Below are positions 20,527 through 29,777 of a stretch of DNA of 64,000 bases, one piece after another. The position numbers and the translations under genes were made by a program. The stretch is from Candidatus Hodarchaeota archaeon. GTDB taxonomy: Archaea; Asgardarchaeota; Lokiarchaeia; Sigyniarchaeales; SOKP01. Location: assembly GCA_048887225.1 (NCBI GenBank), contig JBHLJY010000013.1, positions 1 to 64,000 of the forward strand, in the 5' to 3' direction. The notes beneath the pieces were generated by a model. That model was given only the letters and a program-made list of their open reading frames with translations. It did not search any database and was not told the origin of the DNA. The first letter of the stretch is position 1; every line of letters starts with the position of its first letter.

Positions 20527-21627
20527 TTAATCACCGCTGTTAGCTATAATAAATCTTTCGTAATCCAAATTTAAAAGTTTAACGTCTTTTTTAGTTAATT
20601 TTGAAGTCTCATTATTAATTTCAACGAGTTCTTTTCTTAGAGAAATTAATTCATCCTGTATCTTATCAACGATATTATCTTCATTGAAAGAAATGTTCTC
20701 GATAAATTTCATATAACTATATTTCTTATTTTTACCAGAGTAAAATGATTTAATTTCTGATAATTTATCATCAATTTTTTCCATTTGAAACCTAAACTTT
20801 AATAATTGCGATAGTTTAGAGTTCCAATCCTTATAAATTGGAACATATTCATTAATATCGTCAACATCAAATTTATCTGATAATATGACTTTCTCATCTT
20901 TAAGATATTTTACAATATTCTTATTTTCCTCAATTGCTTTGTTTATTTTTTTAATAACATTTCTGCTGTTTAATAAAGGATCAAATATTTTAATAAATTC
21001 TTCAATCTTATCTTTAATCTCCTTAAATCTTGCGTAAAATCCTTCAATAACAATTTCTATTTTAATGGCCTGATAAATATTACCAAATTGATCTAAAATA
21101 TAATACAAATCATCCGAAAGACAATAGCTATTTTCTCCAATTTCAAAAATAAAAGGGTGTATAGCATTACTTCTTTCACATCTAACTGCCTTTAATCTGG
21201 TCAATGCTAAATTAAAATGCCTCTTAGTAAGAAATTTAAATTTCTTTTTAATCATTAAAAAAATTAATTCTTCAGGAATAATTATAATATTTTGTTCTAT
21301 TTTGATCATTTCGTCTCCTAATTTTACGATAAAATCGTCTTCTTTTGTCTCAAACTCTCTTAAACTTCTTATATTTCTTAATAAGCCCAAATCAATAGCA
21401 ATTTCAAGGAAAGGCTTTTTCCAAAAACTTAATAAATTTCCTTTAAAAACTTCATCTAAAATTAAAACTCTTTGATATGAATCGATAATTTCTTGATCGT
21501 TTAAATTTTCAAAAAGATCATTTCTAACAACATATAGAAAAAGAATGACATATCTCATTTCAATATCATCAAGAATTTTGTTGATTAGGTTCTTATCATC
21601 TTCTAATGTTAAATTCTTATGCTCCAT
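20527..21627 (-). CDS. Hypothetical protein, possible winged helix followed by coiled coil
   Basis: FNLALTRLK...FIFEIGENSYCLS resembles a wHTH recognition helix and wing; heptad-rich C-terminus. Confidence 0.7.
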   Translation of the reverse strand: MEHKNLTLEDDKNLINKILDDIEMRYVILFLYVVRNDLFENLNDQEIIDSYQRVLILDEVFKGNLLSFWKKPFLEIAIDLGLLRNIRSLREFETKEDDFIVKLGDEMIKIEQNIIIIPEELIFLMIKKKFKFLTKRHFNLALTRLKAVRCERSNAIHPFIFEIGENSYCLSDDLYYILDQFGNIYQAIKIEIVIEGFYARFKEIKDKIEEFIKIFDPLLNSRNVIKKINKAIEENKNIVKYLKDEKVILSDKFDVDDINEYVPIYKDWNSKLSQLLKFRFQMEKIDDKLSEIKSFYSGKNKKYSYMKFIENISFNEDNIVDKIQDELISLRKELVEINNETSKLTKKDVKLLNLDYERFIIANSGD

Positions 21628-21858
21628 ATCTACCTAAAATCCACTATACATTATTATCAATATTTAATACAATTTAGCCAAAAAGAGTGATTTAATTAAT
21701 TAATCATTGCTAAAAAATTTTACGAATTTCCTTTAAATTATTATACAAAAAAAGCAAAAACTTTTTACTTCTATTTCCTAATTATTTAATAGTTAAGAAT
21801 ATTACTTTTTATCACTTTTTAATTCAAGTAAAAAATTTAAAGTCATTTGGAGATTTGT

Positions 21859-22443
21859 TTGGGAAGAAGGAAAAGAAAGCAACCAACTTACAAACGAGTT
21901 AAGAGAGTACCGAAGATATTTAATTGCCCTTCGTGTGGTGAGAAGAGCGTTAAAGTAGAAAATATTAGAAAATCTGCCATAGCGACAGTTAAATGTGGGC
22001 ATTGTGGATTGACTAAAGATGTATTGGTCAACATTATTTCAGAGCCTGTAGATGCTTTTGGTGATTTCATTGATATTTTTTACGCGGACCAAGAATTACA
22101 AAGATTAGAAAAGCGCGTTGAGAAACTATTAAAAGATAGAGAATACGGAGAACTTGCATTATCGTTTAGTATCCTATCAGATATTTGTAAAGCAAAAGCA
22201 GCTGAAGCATTAGAAGACGAGGATAATGCAGACTTAGACCAAGCTAATAAGTGGAAATTGAGAGCCGAAGAGTACAAAAGAAAAGAAAAAGACGCATTAC
22301 AAAAATTAGAGTCAGAAGAATTGGAAAGAGGCATTAAAACTGATGAAGAAACTCTTTTTACTGAGCACGAGGAAGGTAGTGGATTAAAGAAAGAGAAAAA
22401 AATTGATGATGTTTTTGAAGATCCTGGATTCTTAGAGTTTTAG
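21859..22443 (+). CDS. elf1: Transcription elongation factor Elf1 with long acidic/helical C-terminal extension
   Basis: MGRRKRK (TTG at 21859), FNCPSC...CGHCG and EPVDAF..FID match the Elf1 zinc ribbon. Confidence 0.85.
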   Translation: MGRRKRKQPTYKRVKRVPKIFNCPSCGEKSVKVENIRKSAIATVKCGHCGLTKDVLVNIISEPVDAFGDFIDIFYADQELQRLEKRVEKLLKDREYGELALSFSILSDICKAKAAEALEDEDNADLDQANKWKLRAEEYKRKEKDALQKLESEELERGIKTDEETLFTEHEEGSGLKKEKKIDDVFEDPGFLEF

Positions 22444-22446
22444 AAT

Positions 22447-24165
22447 CTAATATTTAAGGATATTTCTCTTTATTTTTGTTGGAATGTGTTTCCAAATTGG
22501 TAATTTCAATGCTAAATTAAAAAATTCTTTATAATTAAGTTTCTTTTTTGTAATCAGAAAGCTCCAGTTATAATAAGCTAATTTATTAAAAAGATTCATT
22601 AAATTTACTCCAATTGGATTATATTTCCACGCAAAAAATTTGGCTAAATGCGCTCCTAATCGTCTGGTTTGCCCAATTGATTCGGGATAAACAGATTCAG
22701 TCAAAGATCGATTAAAAAGTTCGTAAATTGAAAATATAGGAATAAGTTTGTCTAAGTTTTCGTTAATTTTCCTTTTGTAATCTATATCGTCTAAAGATAA
22801 AGAATTCATTTCGTTTAATTTTCTAACAGCATAACGGAATTGTCGTTCTCTAAAATATAACCACATTCTTCCCATTTGATCTCTGAGATTTTTTATGGCT
22901 TCGATGATTTCTTTATCTTTAAAGACAAATCCTTGTTCTTTTTCATATAGTTTGATAAAGGTCAATAAGATTGAATTTGTTGACTCTTGATCAAAATCCT
23001 CGCTTTTAATTAAAAACTTCAGTTTCAATTCTTTCGTTGTTGGACTATGTATAGTATGAGTATAAAGAGGAGTTGTCCATAATAACTCTTTAAGTTTTTC
23101 GAATAAATTATTATACAAAATACATTTTCTTATTATTGAAAATTGTCGAGATAATTTTCGCCTTGGAATTAACAATTCAAAGTAAAATCTAAATTTATCA
23201 ATGAGATTATAGTTTTTTATTAAATTCTTTTTCTTCTTTTTATAGAATGAAATTTTCTTAACTAATAATTTTCTAAGACTCATTAAATTTTTAATATAAG
23301 AATAGAAATCAATTTCGTATTTCTGAACTATATTTTCGTAAGAAATTAAAGGAATATTTAAAGTATTAATTGGGCTATTATCAGAGGTTGATTTTTGGAC
23401 GCTCATTGCGTGATCTCCAATTGTATAAGAGAAATTTACATTCTGTAAGGTTTCTTTCAAGGAAGTGAATTTTCCCAAATATTTAGATTCACCCGTAAAA
23501 TATCCGTGCAATAATGTATCAACCCCTTTGAAAACATTATTTTCATATTCTGATATTATGACTGATTCGAACTCACCTGGATGATGTCTTTTTGATTTGA
23601 ATTTCCTATTTACAAGAAAAATCGCTTGATTTGCTTTATGATATACTGTATATCCCCATTTAAATAAAGGATCTAATAATTTTGAATATTTAAATTTATA
23701 ATTATAAAATTCTGGCCCAAAATATATAGGAAATCCAAATCCACGTGAAAAAGAATAAATAAATTGAAAAACATGTCTTGCCTTTTCACCTCTTAAGGAT
23801 CCTGGAAATTTAAAATGCAAAACAAGTCGAGGAAATAAAGCCTCTAACCCTAAATTCATCCATGCTTCAAAAAGGATTATACTATCAGGAAATCGAAAAG
23901 AGTCCTTTTTACTTATGATATCATTACTTAAGGTATTTAAAGCAGTTGGAATAGTAAAAAACCAATCAATATTCCTTCGTATAGTTATTAATCCTTCTTT
24001 AAACTTTTTAAAAATTAAAGGTCGAATCTGTTTCTGTAATTCTGTCTTTTTGTAGTAATAATTATTCATAACTCGAAAGAAAGAGAAAATTTCCATTATT
24101 CTCCTTTGTAGATCGTGAACAACTTTTACTGTTATACCCTCTTGACCGTTATAAGTAGACAGCAA
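22447..24165 (-). CDS. Hypothetical protein
   Basis: 572-aa ORF; start uncertain; no motif recognised. Confidence 0.7.
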   Translation of the reverse strand: MLSTYNGQEGITVKVVHDLQRRIMEIFSFFRVMNNYYYKKTELQKQIRPLIFKKFKEGLITIRRNIDWFFTIPTALNTLSNDIISKKDSFRFPDSIILFEAWMNLGLEALFPRLVLHFKFPGSLRGEKARHVFQFIYSFSRGFGFPIYFGPEFYNYKFKYSKLLDPLFKWGYTVYHKANQAIFLVNRKFKSKRHHPGEFESVIISEYENNVFKGVDTLLHGYFTGESKYLGKFTSLKETLQNVNFSYTIGDHAMSVQKSTSDNSPINTLNIPLISYENIVQKYEIDFYSYIKNLMSLRKLLVKKISFYKKKKKNLIKNYNLIDKFRFYFELLIPRRKLSRQFSIIRKCILYNNLFEKLKELLWTTPLYTHTIHSPTTKELKLKFLIKSEDFDQESTNSILLTFIKLYEKEQGFVFKDKEIIEAIKNLRDQMGRMWLYFRERQFRYAVRKLNEMNSLSLDDIDYKRKINENLDKLIPIFSIYELFNRSLTESVYPESIGQTRRLGAHLAKFFAWKYNPIGVNLMNLFNKLAYYNWSFLITKKKLNYKEFFNLALKLPIWKHIPTKIKRNILKY

Positions 24166-24316
24166 TGAACTTAACCAATTTAAAAACTAAAAAATCAATA
24201 TATTGAATTTTATTATGTATCATTATTATTAATTTTTTAATGTTGTTTAAAATCTCAATTGCGCTATAAGAGAGATTTAAAAGTAAAAAATAGTAGTAAT
24301 AAAAAATTGTTTATTA

Positions 24317-24757
24317 TTATTGCTTGCGCTTCGCAAAGAGTTGTTTAAGTTCACCCATAATTGCACCTCTTAAACTTTGTGGACTAGCTGGAGCCCTAGG
24401 TCCTGATGGCGGCGCTCCAGGGGGCCCTCCAGGTGGTGGTGGTGGTCCAGGGGGCCCTCCAGGTGGCCCTCCAGGAGGTGGTGGTCCAGGGGCAGCTCCA
24501 GGGGCCGCTCCAGGGGCAGCTCCAGGGGCAACAGGAGATGTTGCAGCTCTGGTTTTTAGCGCATTAATATCATTACTCAAACTATTAATTTTTGTCAATA
24601 ACGATGAAATTCGATCATCCACTAGATCTGGAATTCTTAGTACAATTGTCATTATTTTTTCAACTATTTCTCCGAAAGCGTTTACTTTTTCTTCGATCGG
24701 ACTTTTCTTAGCATCATTGAGGAAGCTCGTAAATTCTTCAGCACACATCCTTAGCAA
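24317..24757 (-). CDS. Coiled-coil plus polyproline plus amphipathic C-terminal helix (WH2-like) protein
   Basis: (APGA)n and GPPPP tracts followed by SLRGAIMGELKQLFAKRKQ. Confidence 0.75.
   Translation of the reverse strand: MLRMCAEEFTSFLNDAKKSPIEEKVNAFGEIVEKIMTIVLRIPDLVDDRISSLLTKINSLSNDINALKTRAATSPVAPGAAPGAAPGAAPGPPPPGGPPGGPPGPPPPPGGPPGAPPSGPRAPASPQSLRGAIMGELKQLFAKRKQ
24390..24530. repeat. GC-rich coding tandem repeats (12-bp CCAGGGGC(A/C)GCT units and GGCCCTCCAGG units)
   Basis: Directly visible; encodes the Pro/Gly/Ala tract of the 24317..24757 gene. Confidence 0.85.
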
Positions 24758-24987
24758 ACTCTCTATCTGCGATTTTTGAATTTAATTTAAATTTTTCTAA
24801 TAAATATATATTAGTCTAGATTAATAAAAATTTGTTTTGAAATGAGAAATAAAAAGATACTAATTAGAAAATTCTAGTTGAACTGGGGAATCTAAAAAAT
24901 TTAGTTGTTTTAGCTGCGTATTTCTTCTCAATTAACGATATAATTCAGAATCGCAAAAAAATATAATCACAGCATAAAAATTATCAA

Positions 24988-25611
24988 TTAACTCATTTCA
25001 GAAATAGATTCTTTTAATTTCAGCCATAAGTCGTTAAGTTCTGCTCTTGCTTGTAAAAATTGTTCAATCTCTTTTAGCAAAATATTTTTAGCGCGATCAA
25101 ATTCTCTTTGGGAATCATTTAATTGATTTTCTAGTTCAGTTAATTTGGCACCTTCAATCAATTTATTCTTAGTTTTTTCTATACTTAAAGCTTTTTTTAT
25201 AATAACTGATCTCTTAGAAGCTAACTCGCCTAAGGCGTTAGCAAAAATATCACTTCGGGCAGCTAAATCTTCTTTTTTTACGATCAGATCTTTCATTGCG
25301 TTGACATAATTAGGATTCGCTTCAATGTATCTATCGTTCGCGTGGATTATATCTTGGAAAATGTTTACTTCTTCTTCATTAACATTGGATCGGTGTTCTA
25401 TTGCTAGTGTCTTCATTTGTTTAAAAATATCTCTATAAATTCGATTCAATATCTGTCTGGCTATATTCATTTTCGCAAGATTATCTGCAAGTTTCCTCTG
25501 AGAACCTGAAATAGTTCTCTGCCATTTGGCAACTTTTTTAAGTTGTGCCGCAAGCTCTTTTTCCATTTTAACGAGTTCCAGCTCATCTTCATGCGTAATG
25601 ATTGGGCTCAC
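24988..25611 (-). CDS. All-helical coiled-coil protein, possibly BAR-like
   Basis: 207 aa with continuous heptad patterns divisible into about three long helices. Confidence 0.65.
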   Translation of the reverse strand: MSPIITHEDELELVKMEKELAAQLKKVAKWQRTISGSQRKLADNLAKMNIARQILNRIYRDIFKQMKTLAIEHRSNVNEEEVNIFQDIIHANDRYIEANPNYVNAMKDLIVKKEDLAARSDIFANALGELASKRSVIIKKALSIEKTKNKLIEGAKLTELENQLNDSQREFDRAKNILLKEIEQFLQARAELNDLWLKLKESISEMS

Positions 25612-25693
25612 TTTTAATCCTCTCTAAATTATATTTGAATTATTTTTTGTTTTTTATTTTATTATATTTTTTTTTATTTTTTTAAGTTCTGAT

Positions 25694-26725
25694 TCAAAAT
25701 GGATAAACGGCGGTTAAAATATTATCTTTATAATTAGCTTTTATAATTTTCGCTTTAATTTCTTCTCCAACTAAATAGTTAGAAATTAATGGTTTTTTAA
25801 GAAGTATTTTAATACCAATTTCTTCATTTATTTTACCGATACACTCTCTACTCCATCGTCCTTTCGAAACAACCTTTAAATTAATTACATCATTCTTCTC
25901 TAATTTTAATGTGTCTATTCCATTTCTTTTATGGATTCCGAAATCTTTAGGTCCGAGTTTTAATTTAATGTTATATTCTTTTTCTAATTTAGTTAGGCGT
26001 TTGTAAAAATAATCCCATGTTTTTGGTCTTACTTTTTTCAATTTTCTACCTGTTTTATAAATTAAATAATTTTGAATCCCAATTTGAACTTGTTTTTCTG
26101 AATATCCTTTGTTTCTTAAATCAACTATAAATTCAATAATATCTTTAATATCTTTATCGTTTTTTCCTGAAAACCATACAGGAGCTATTAAAAGGTCAAC
26201 ATTTGAATTTAATAAAATTTGAATATTCTTTAAAAGTTTATTCATATTATAACCATTAGTCTTACATAAATAATCAGCCATTTCTCTATTCAGCGTATTT
26301 AAGCTAATATTTATTCGCGAAAGATTGACCGCTTCTAATTTCTTAATTTTATTTTTTGAAAGTAATAATCCATTAGTCTGCATTGAAATAGTTTTAACAC
26401 CTTCCACATTCCAGAGATTTTCTATTAATTTAAATAAGTCAGGATACAGCAGTATTTCCCCATACGGGGCAAGATGCATTTCTATATCGTATTTTCCTTT
26501 AATTTCAATTACTCTTTTGACCTTTTCCAATAAATAATTAGAATCTACAATAAAATTATAGTCATAATCTCCAGCACTCACAAAGCAATATCTACATTGA
26601 AGATTGCACAAAGTTAGAGGTTTTAACTCAATAATATTTGTTCCTCGGTCTATAGCTCCAATAAAATCTACTCCAAACAGAGGAATTCCTGATTTTTTAT
26701 CTACATATATTACTTCGCTTGTCAT
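25694..26725 (-). CDS. Archaeal radical SAM protein with C-terminal TRAM-like domain
   Basis: PLFG...G.IDRGTN, CNLQCRYC, GE..LYP and QTNG motifs; beta-rich C-terminus. Confidence 0.85.
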   Translation of the reverse strand: MTSEVIYVDKKSGIPLFGVDFIGAIDRGTNIIELKPLTLCNLQCRYCFVSAGDYDYNFIVDSNYLLEKVKRVIEIKGKYDIEMHLAPYGEILLYPDLFKLIENLWNVEGVKTISMQTNGLLLSKNKIKKLEAVNLSRINISLNTLNREMADYLCKTNGYNMNKLLKNIQILLNSNVDLLIAPVWFSGKNDKDIKDIIEFIVDLRNKGYSEKQVQIGIQNYLIYKTGRKLKKVRPKTWDYFYKRLTKLEKEYNIKLKLGPKDFGIHKRNGIDTLKLEKNDVINLKVVSKGRWSRECIGKINEEIGIKILLKKPLISNYLVGEEIKAKIIKANYKDNILTAVYPF

Positions 26726-26732
26726 TTCTTAC

Positions 26733-27806
26733 TTAAAGTTTATATCTTAAAATAGCTATTAAAGAGCCTAGATCAACTAGTTGTTGACCAGTTGAATGCT
26801 CCGAACTCAAAATATATACTTTACCGCCAGAATTTTCAACATTCGTGATGATTTGCTCGATTTTAAGCTTATATTCTTTTGGAGAGCCTCTAATTAAGAC
26901 GTCAACTAAAAAGAGGTCTTTTACTGCTCCTTGCTTAGAAGATTTTGATATTTCATCAAAACCTACGGCAACGAGATCGGGATCCGTACTAAAAAGAGTT
27001 AATATCTCTTCTATTTTTTCGGTTTCTTGTAATACTTTAATATTTTTTTTTATGCGACCTACTTCTTTTGATTTTAATGCTTCAAGGATAGCACTTTCTG
27101 TACCTGAGCTTGCATATATACTTTTAATTTTAGAGGCATAGTTGATATTTGATTTATCTTTTATATATCTAATGAAGCGATCTTTAGTATTTCCAGGACC
27201 ACATATAACAATTAAATTTATTTCCTTTTGTTTAAGATTCTCTTCAAGGATTTTTTTAACATCATCAAAAAATTCTGTAATAGCTTTTATTCTGTGAGAT
27301 TGTTCATACCTTTTACCAGGAATATTTTTTTTTATTGAAGAAATTCTTTTTTGACTGAAATTTGTTATAATTGACAAAGTTGCTAGTCCAGTTTCCATAG
27401 CGATAAAGAAAATTACAAAATTATCCTCGAATTTAGAGGATTGCTTTAATCGTCTTATCTCGCTATTTAACCATTCTTCTTTAGTAATGGTAAGTTTTTG
27501 CCTGAGATCTACGTTGAATGTGTGATATGTTCCGAAACTTACGAAATCTTCTGGTCCTTCGAGAATTGTTCCCTTAATTCTTAAACGATTTGAAAATTCA
27601 TGAAAAGATACATCTTCGACTTTTAGTTTTAAATACATTGGTTTTCTTTCACCTTTTGATCCCTCCTTAAGGACTACACGTCGCTGTGTTCTAGCAGAAG
27701 CTATATCACCCTTGGAAATAACATTGTACAAGGTCCATAAATCATTTAGATTTTCTATTTTTACCGTAATTGCTCCTTGTTTTTGATTCTCTTCAAGAAT
27801 TTTCAA
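26733..27806 (-). CDS. pelA: Pelota/Dom34 ribosome rescue factor
   Basis: DLWTLYNVI..GD, RLRIKG, GTYHT, IPGKR, GPG and the C-terminal eRF1-3 domain ending AILRY. Confidence 0.93.
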   Translation of the reverse strand: MKILEENQKQGAITVKIENLNDLWTLYNVISKGDIASARTQRRVVLKEGSKGERKPMYLKLKVEDVSFHEFSNRLRIKGTILEGPEDFVSFGTYHTFNVDLRQKLTITKEEWLNSEIRRLKQSSKFEDNFVIFFIAMETGLATLSIITNFSQKRISSIKKNIPGKRYEQSHRIKAITEFFDDVKKILEENLKQKEINLIVICGPGNTKDRFIRYIKDKSNINYASKIKSIYASSGTESAILEALKSKEVGRIKKNIKVLQETEKIEEILTLFSTDPDLVAVGFDEISKSSKQGAVKDLFLVDVLIRGSPKEYKLKIEQIITNVENSGGKVYILSSEHSTGQQLVDLGSLIAILRYKL

Positions 27807-27940
27807 ATAAAAATCGGAACTCCATAAAATACTTATGATTATATAATAAAATAGTGTATTATAGAAAAATTAAATCTCTAAAATATATGATTTTAATAAA
27901 AAATAAATAGAAAAAAAGATAAAGAAAACAAAAATATTTA

Positions 27941-28093
27941 TTATTTCGCCCCTAAAGCTTCTTTAACCTTCTCAAGTTCTTCCATGCGTTTCTTTTTCTC
28001 TTCCTCTCTCTTTTTCAATTCCGCTTCATCTGGCTTTTGGAGGGTTACACCTTTCTTTATAGCGTTTTTAAGCTCATCATCAAGTTGTGGCAT
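27941..28093 (-). CDS. 50-aa microprotein with WH2-like motif (MPQLDDELKNAIKKGVTLQKPDEAELKKREEEKKKRMEELEKVKEALGAK)
   Basis: Manual translation, below the ORF-track cutoff; ATG 28093, tandem TAA TAA stop, SD-like AGGTG upstream, fills an otherwise empty intergenic gap. Confidence 0.7.
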   Translation of the reverse strand: MPQLDDELKNAIKKGVTLQKPDEAELKKREEEKKKRMEELEKVKEALGAK

Positions 28094-28180
28094 TTTTTTC
28101 TCAACACCTTTTTATTTAATAATTTAACTAGGAAATGAAATTTTTTATATACTCAACATAATAAAATTTATTTATAAGTT

Positions 28181-28636
28181 TTAGTTATTCTTCTCTTCGA
28201 TAATTTTTTCCATTAAATATGAGCTTTCTTTTGACCGATAGTAGTTTTCTATTTTTTGGATTTTTTTAAAATTAAATTTTTCGTATAATTTAATAGCTAG
28301 AGAGTTATTCGTTTTAACATTCAGGGCAATTTTTTTTACATTCTTATCTTCCTTTTTTATTTTTTCTATTGTATGTTTTAGAAGTTTGGATCCATAGCCT
28401 TTGTTTTGATATTTAGGATTAATTAATAAATTAATAATGTTAGCTCTATCTTTTCGATCTTTTAAAATAATTACAAATCCAGCTATCTTTCCAGTCTTTA
28501 TGATTTTAAAAAAGATGGTGTGCCTTCGGATTAATTTTTTAATTAAATCTATAGAAAAAGCATCCTCTTTGAACACCTTTAGTTCTAATTTATGAATTTC
28601 CTTTAAATCTTTTGTAGTAACTTCTTTAATTTTCAT
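28181..28636 (-). CDS. RimI/Ard1-like GNAT N-acetyltransferase
   Basis: INPKYQNKGYG, LNV..NN..AIKLYEKFNF and NYY motifs. Confidence 0.85.
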   Translation of the reverse strand: MKIKEVTTKDLKEIHKLELKVFKEDAFSIDLIKKLIRRHTIFFKIIKTGKIAGFVIILKDRKDRANIINLLINPKYQNKGYGSKLLKHTIEKIKKEDKNVKKIALNVKTNNSLAIKLYEKFNFKKIQKIENYYRSKESSYLMEKIIEEKNN

Positions 28637-29777
28637 TAAGACCTACTTCTTGTAAATAAATTTTAATAGGTGTTTTTTCAGTTATATGTCTATATATTTC
28701 GCGCCTAAACGGTAGAGCTTCTAGAACATATCCATTTAGACTATATCGATCTAAAAATCTTATTACATCGTCTTTTATAGCAATATAGTATGGCAATTTG
28801 ATATTATCTTTTCCAAAAGAAATAAATTTACTGTGTATTTTCAAACCAGATAATAAAACATTATAAAGTTGAGTTAGAGATTTTTTATCTCCTTCTATTT
28901 GTCCGTATAATAAAAGACCCTCTTCAGTAATTTCTTCGTAGGGTAATTTTAGATTTTTTGCTCGCCGTAAATATCGATTTTTTAGTTGATAGTAATCTTT
29001 AGCTTTAATTGAGCAAAAATGAATTTTAATCGAAGTTTTAGCTGCTATTTTTTGAATTAAATAAAGAGCAGATTCTCTACTATTTTCAACGGAAGCAATT
29101 GAATTTTTCTTTAATTTGAAGCCTCTTTCTTTTAAGGATTGACTGTTAGGAAAGCAATACTCAAATTCGTTTAAATTTACAAAATCAGCTCCAATTCTTT
29201 CTAAATAAAAGATTAAACTTTCTATATCTTTTAAATATTCTTCTTCGGGAATAATTGGTACCTCAGCTCCTACAGTCATTCCTTTATTTAAAGCCAGTTT
29301 AATGTTTGATAACTTATTTTTAGGAGGATGAAATCTAATCTCATCTAGACCCACTTTAACAAGTTCTTTTGCAATTATTTCATTAAAATTTATTCCATTT
29401 GTATATAAGTGAACATGAAACTTTTTTCCTCTGATAGATTTTACATATTTAATAAAATCAAGAGTTTTTTCTAAATTTGAATTTAAAAGTGGTTCCCCTC
29501 CAGTTATACTTATGCCCTTTGCTTTTATTTTTTTGATTTCTTCCCCTAATTCTTCTTTCGAGAAAATTTTAATCTCGTCAGCAAAGGTACTATCTTTTCC
29601 TCTCCTTTCTTCCGAAATGGGACAATACCAAGAGCAGTGGTCTGGCTTTTGACATATACCATTTAGGAATAAAACGGTTTTAGCTCCTTCTAAACAATAT
29701 TTACAACCTTTTGGAATGCCTCTTCCTCTTATTAAAAAATTGGTTTCTTCCGAATGAACAATTTTAAGTTTTTTCAT
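28626..29777 (-). CDS. Archaeal radical SAM protein
   Basis: PKGCKYCLEGAKTVLF..G.CQKPDHCSWYCP, ITGGEP, HLYTNG, GLDEIRFHP and NLNEFE motifs. Confidence 0.85.
   Translation of the reverse strand: MKKLKIVHSEETNFLIRGRGIPKGCKYCLEGAKTVLFLNGICQKPDHCSWYCPISEERRGKDSTFADEIKIFSKEELGEEIKKIKAKGISITGGEPLLNSNLEKTLDFIKYVKSIRGKKFHVHLYTNGINFNEIIAKELVKVGLDEIRFHPPKNKLSNIKLALNKGMTVGAEVPIIPEEEYLKDIESLIFYLERIGADFVNLNEFEYCFPNSQSLKERGFKLKKNSIASVENSRESALYLIQKIAAKTSIKIHFCSIKAKDYYQLKNRYLRRAKNLKLPYEEITEEGLLLYGQIEGDKKSLTQLYNVLLSGLKIHSKFISFGKDNIKLPYYIAIKDDVIRFLDRYSLNGYVLEALPFRREIYRHITEKTPIKIYLQEVGLNEN

Noticed and set aside
24324-24779. Plus-strand Gly/Pro-rich 151-aa ORF
   Set aside because: Antisense shadow of the GC-rich repeat in the minus-strand gene, whose helical flanks look more protein-like.
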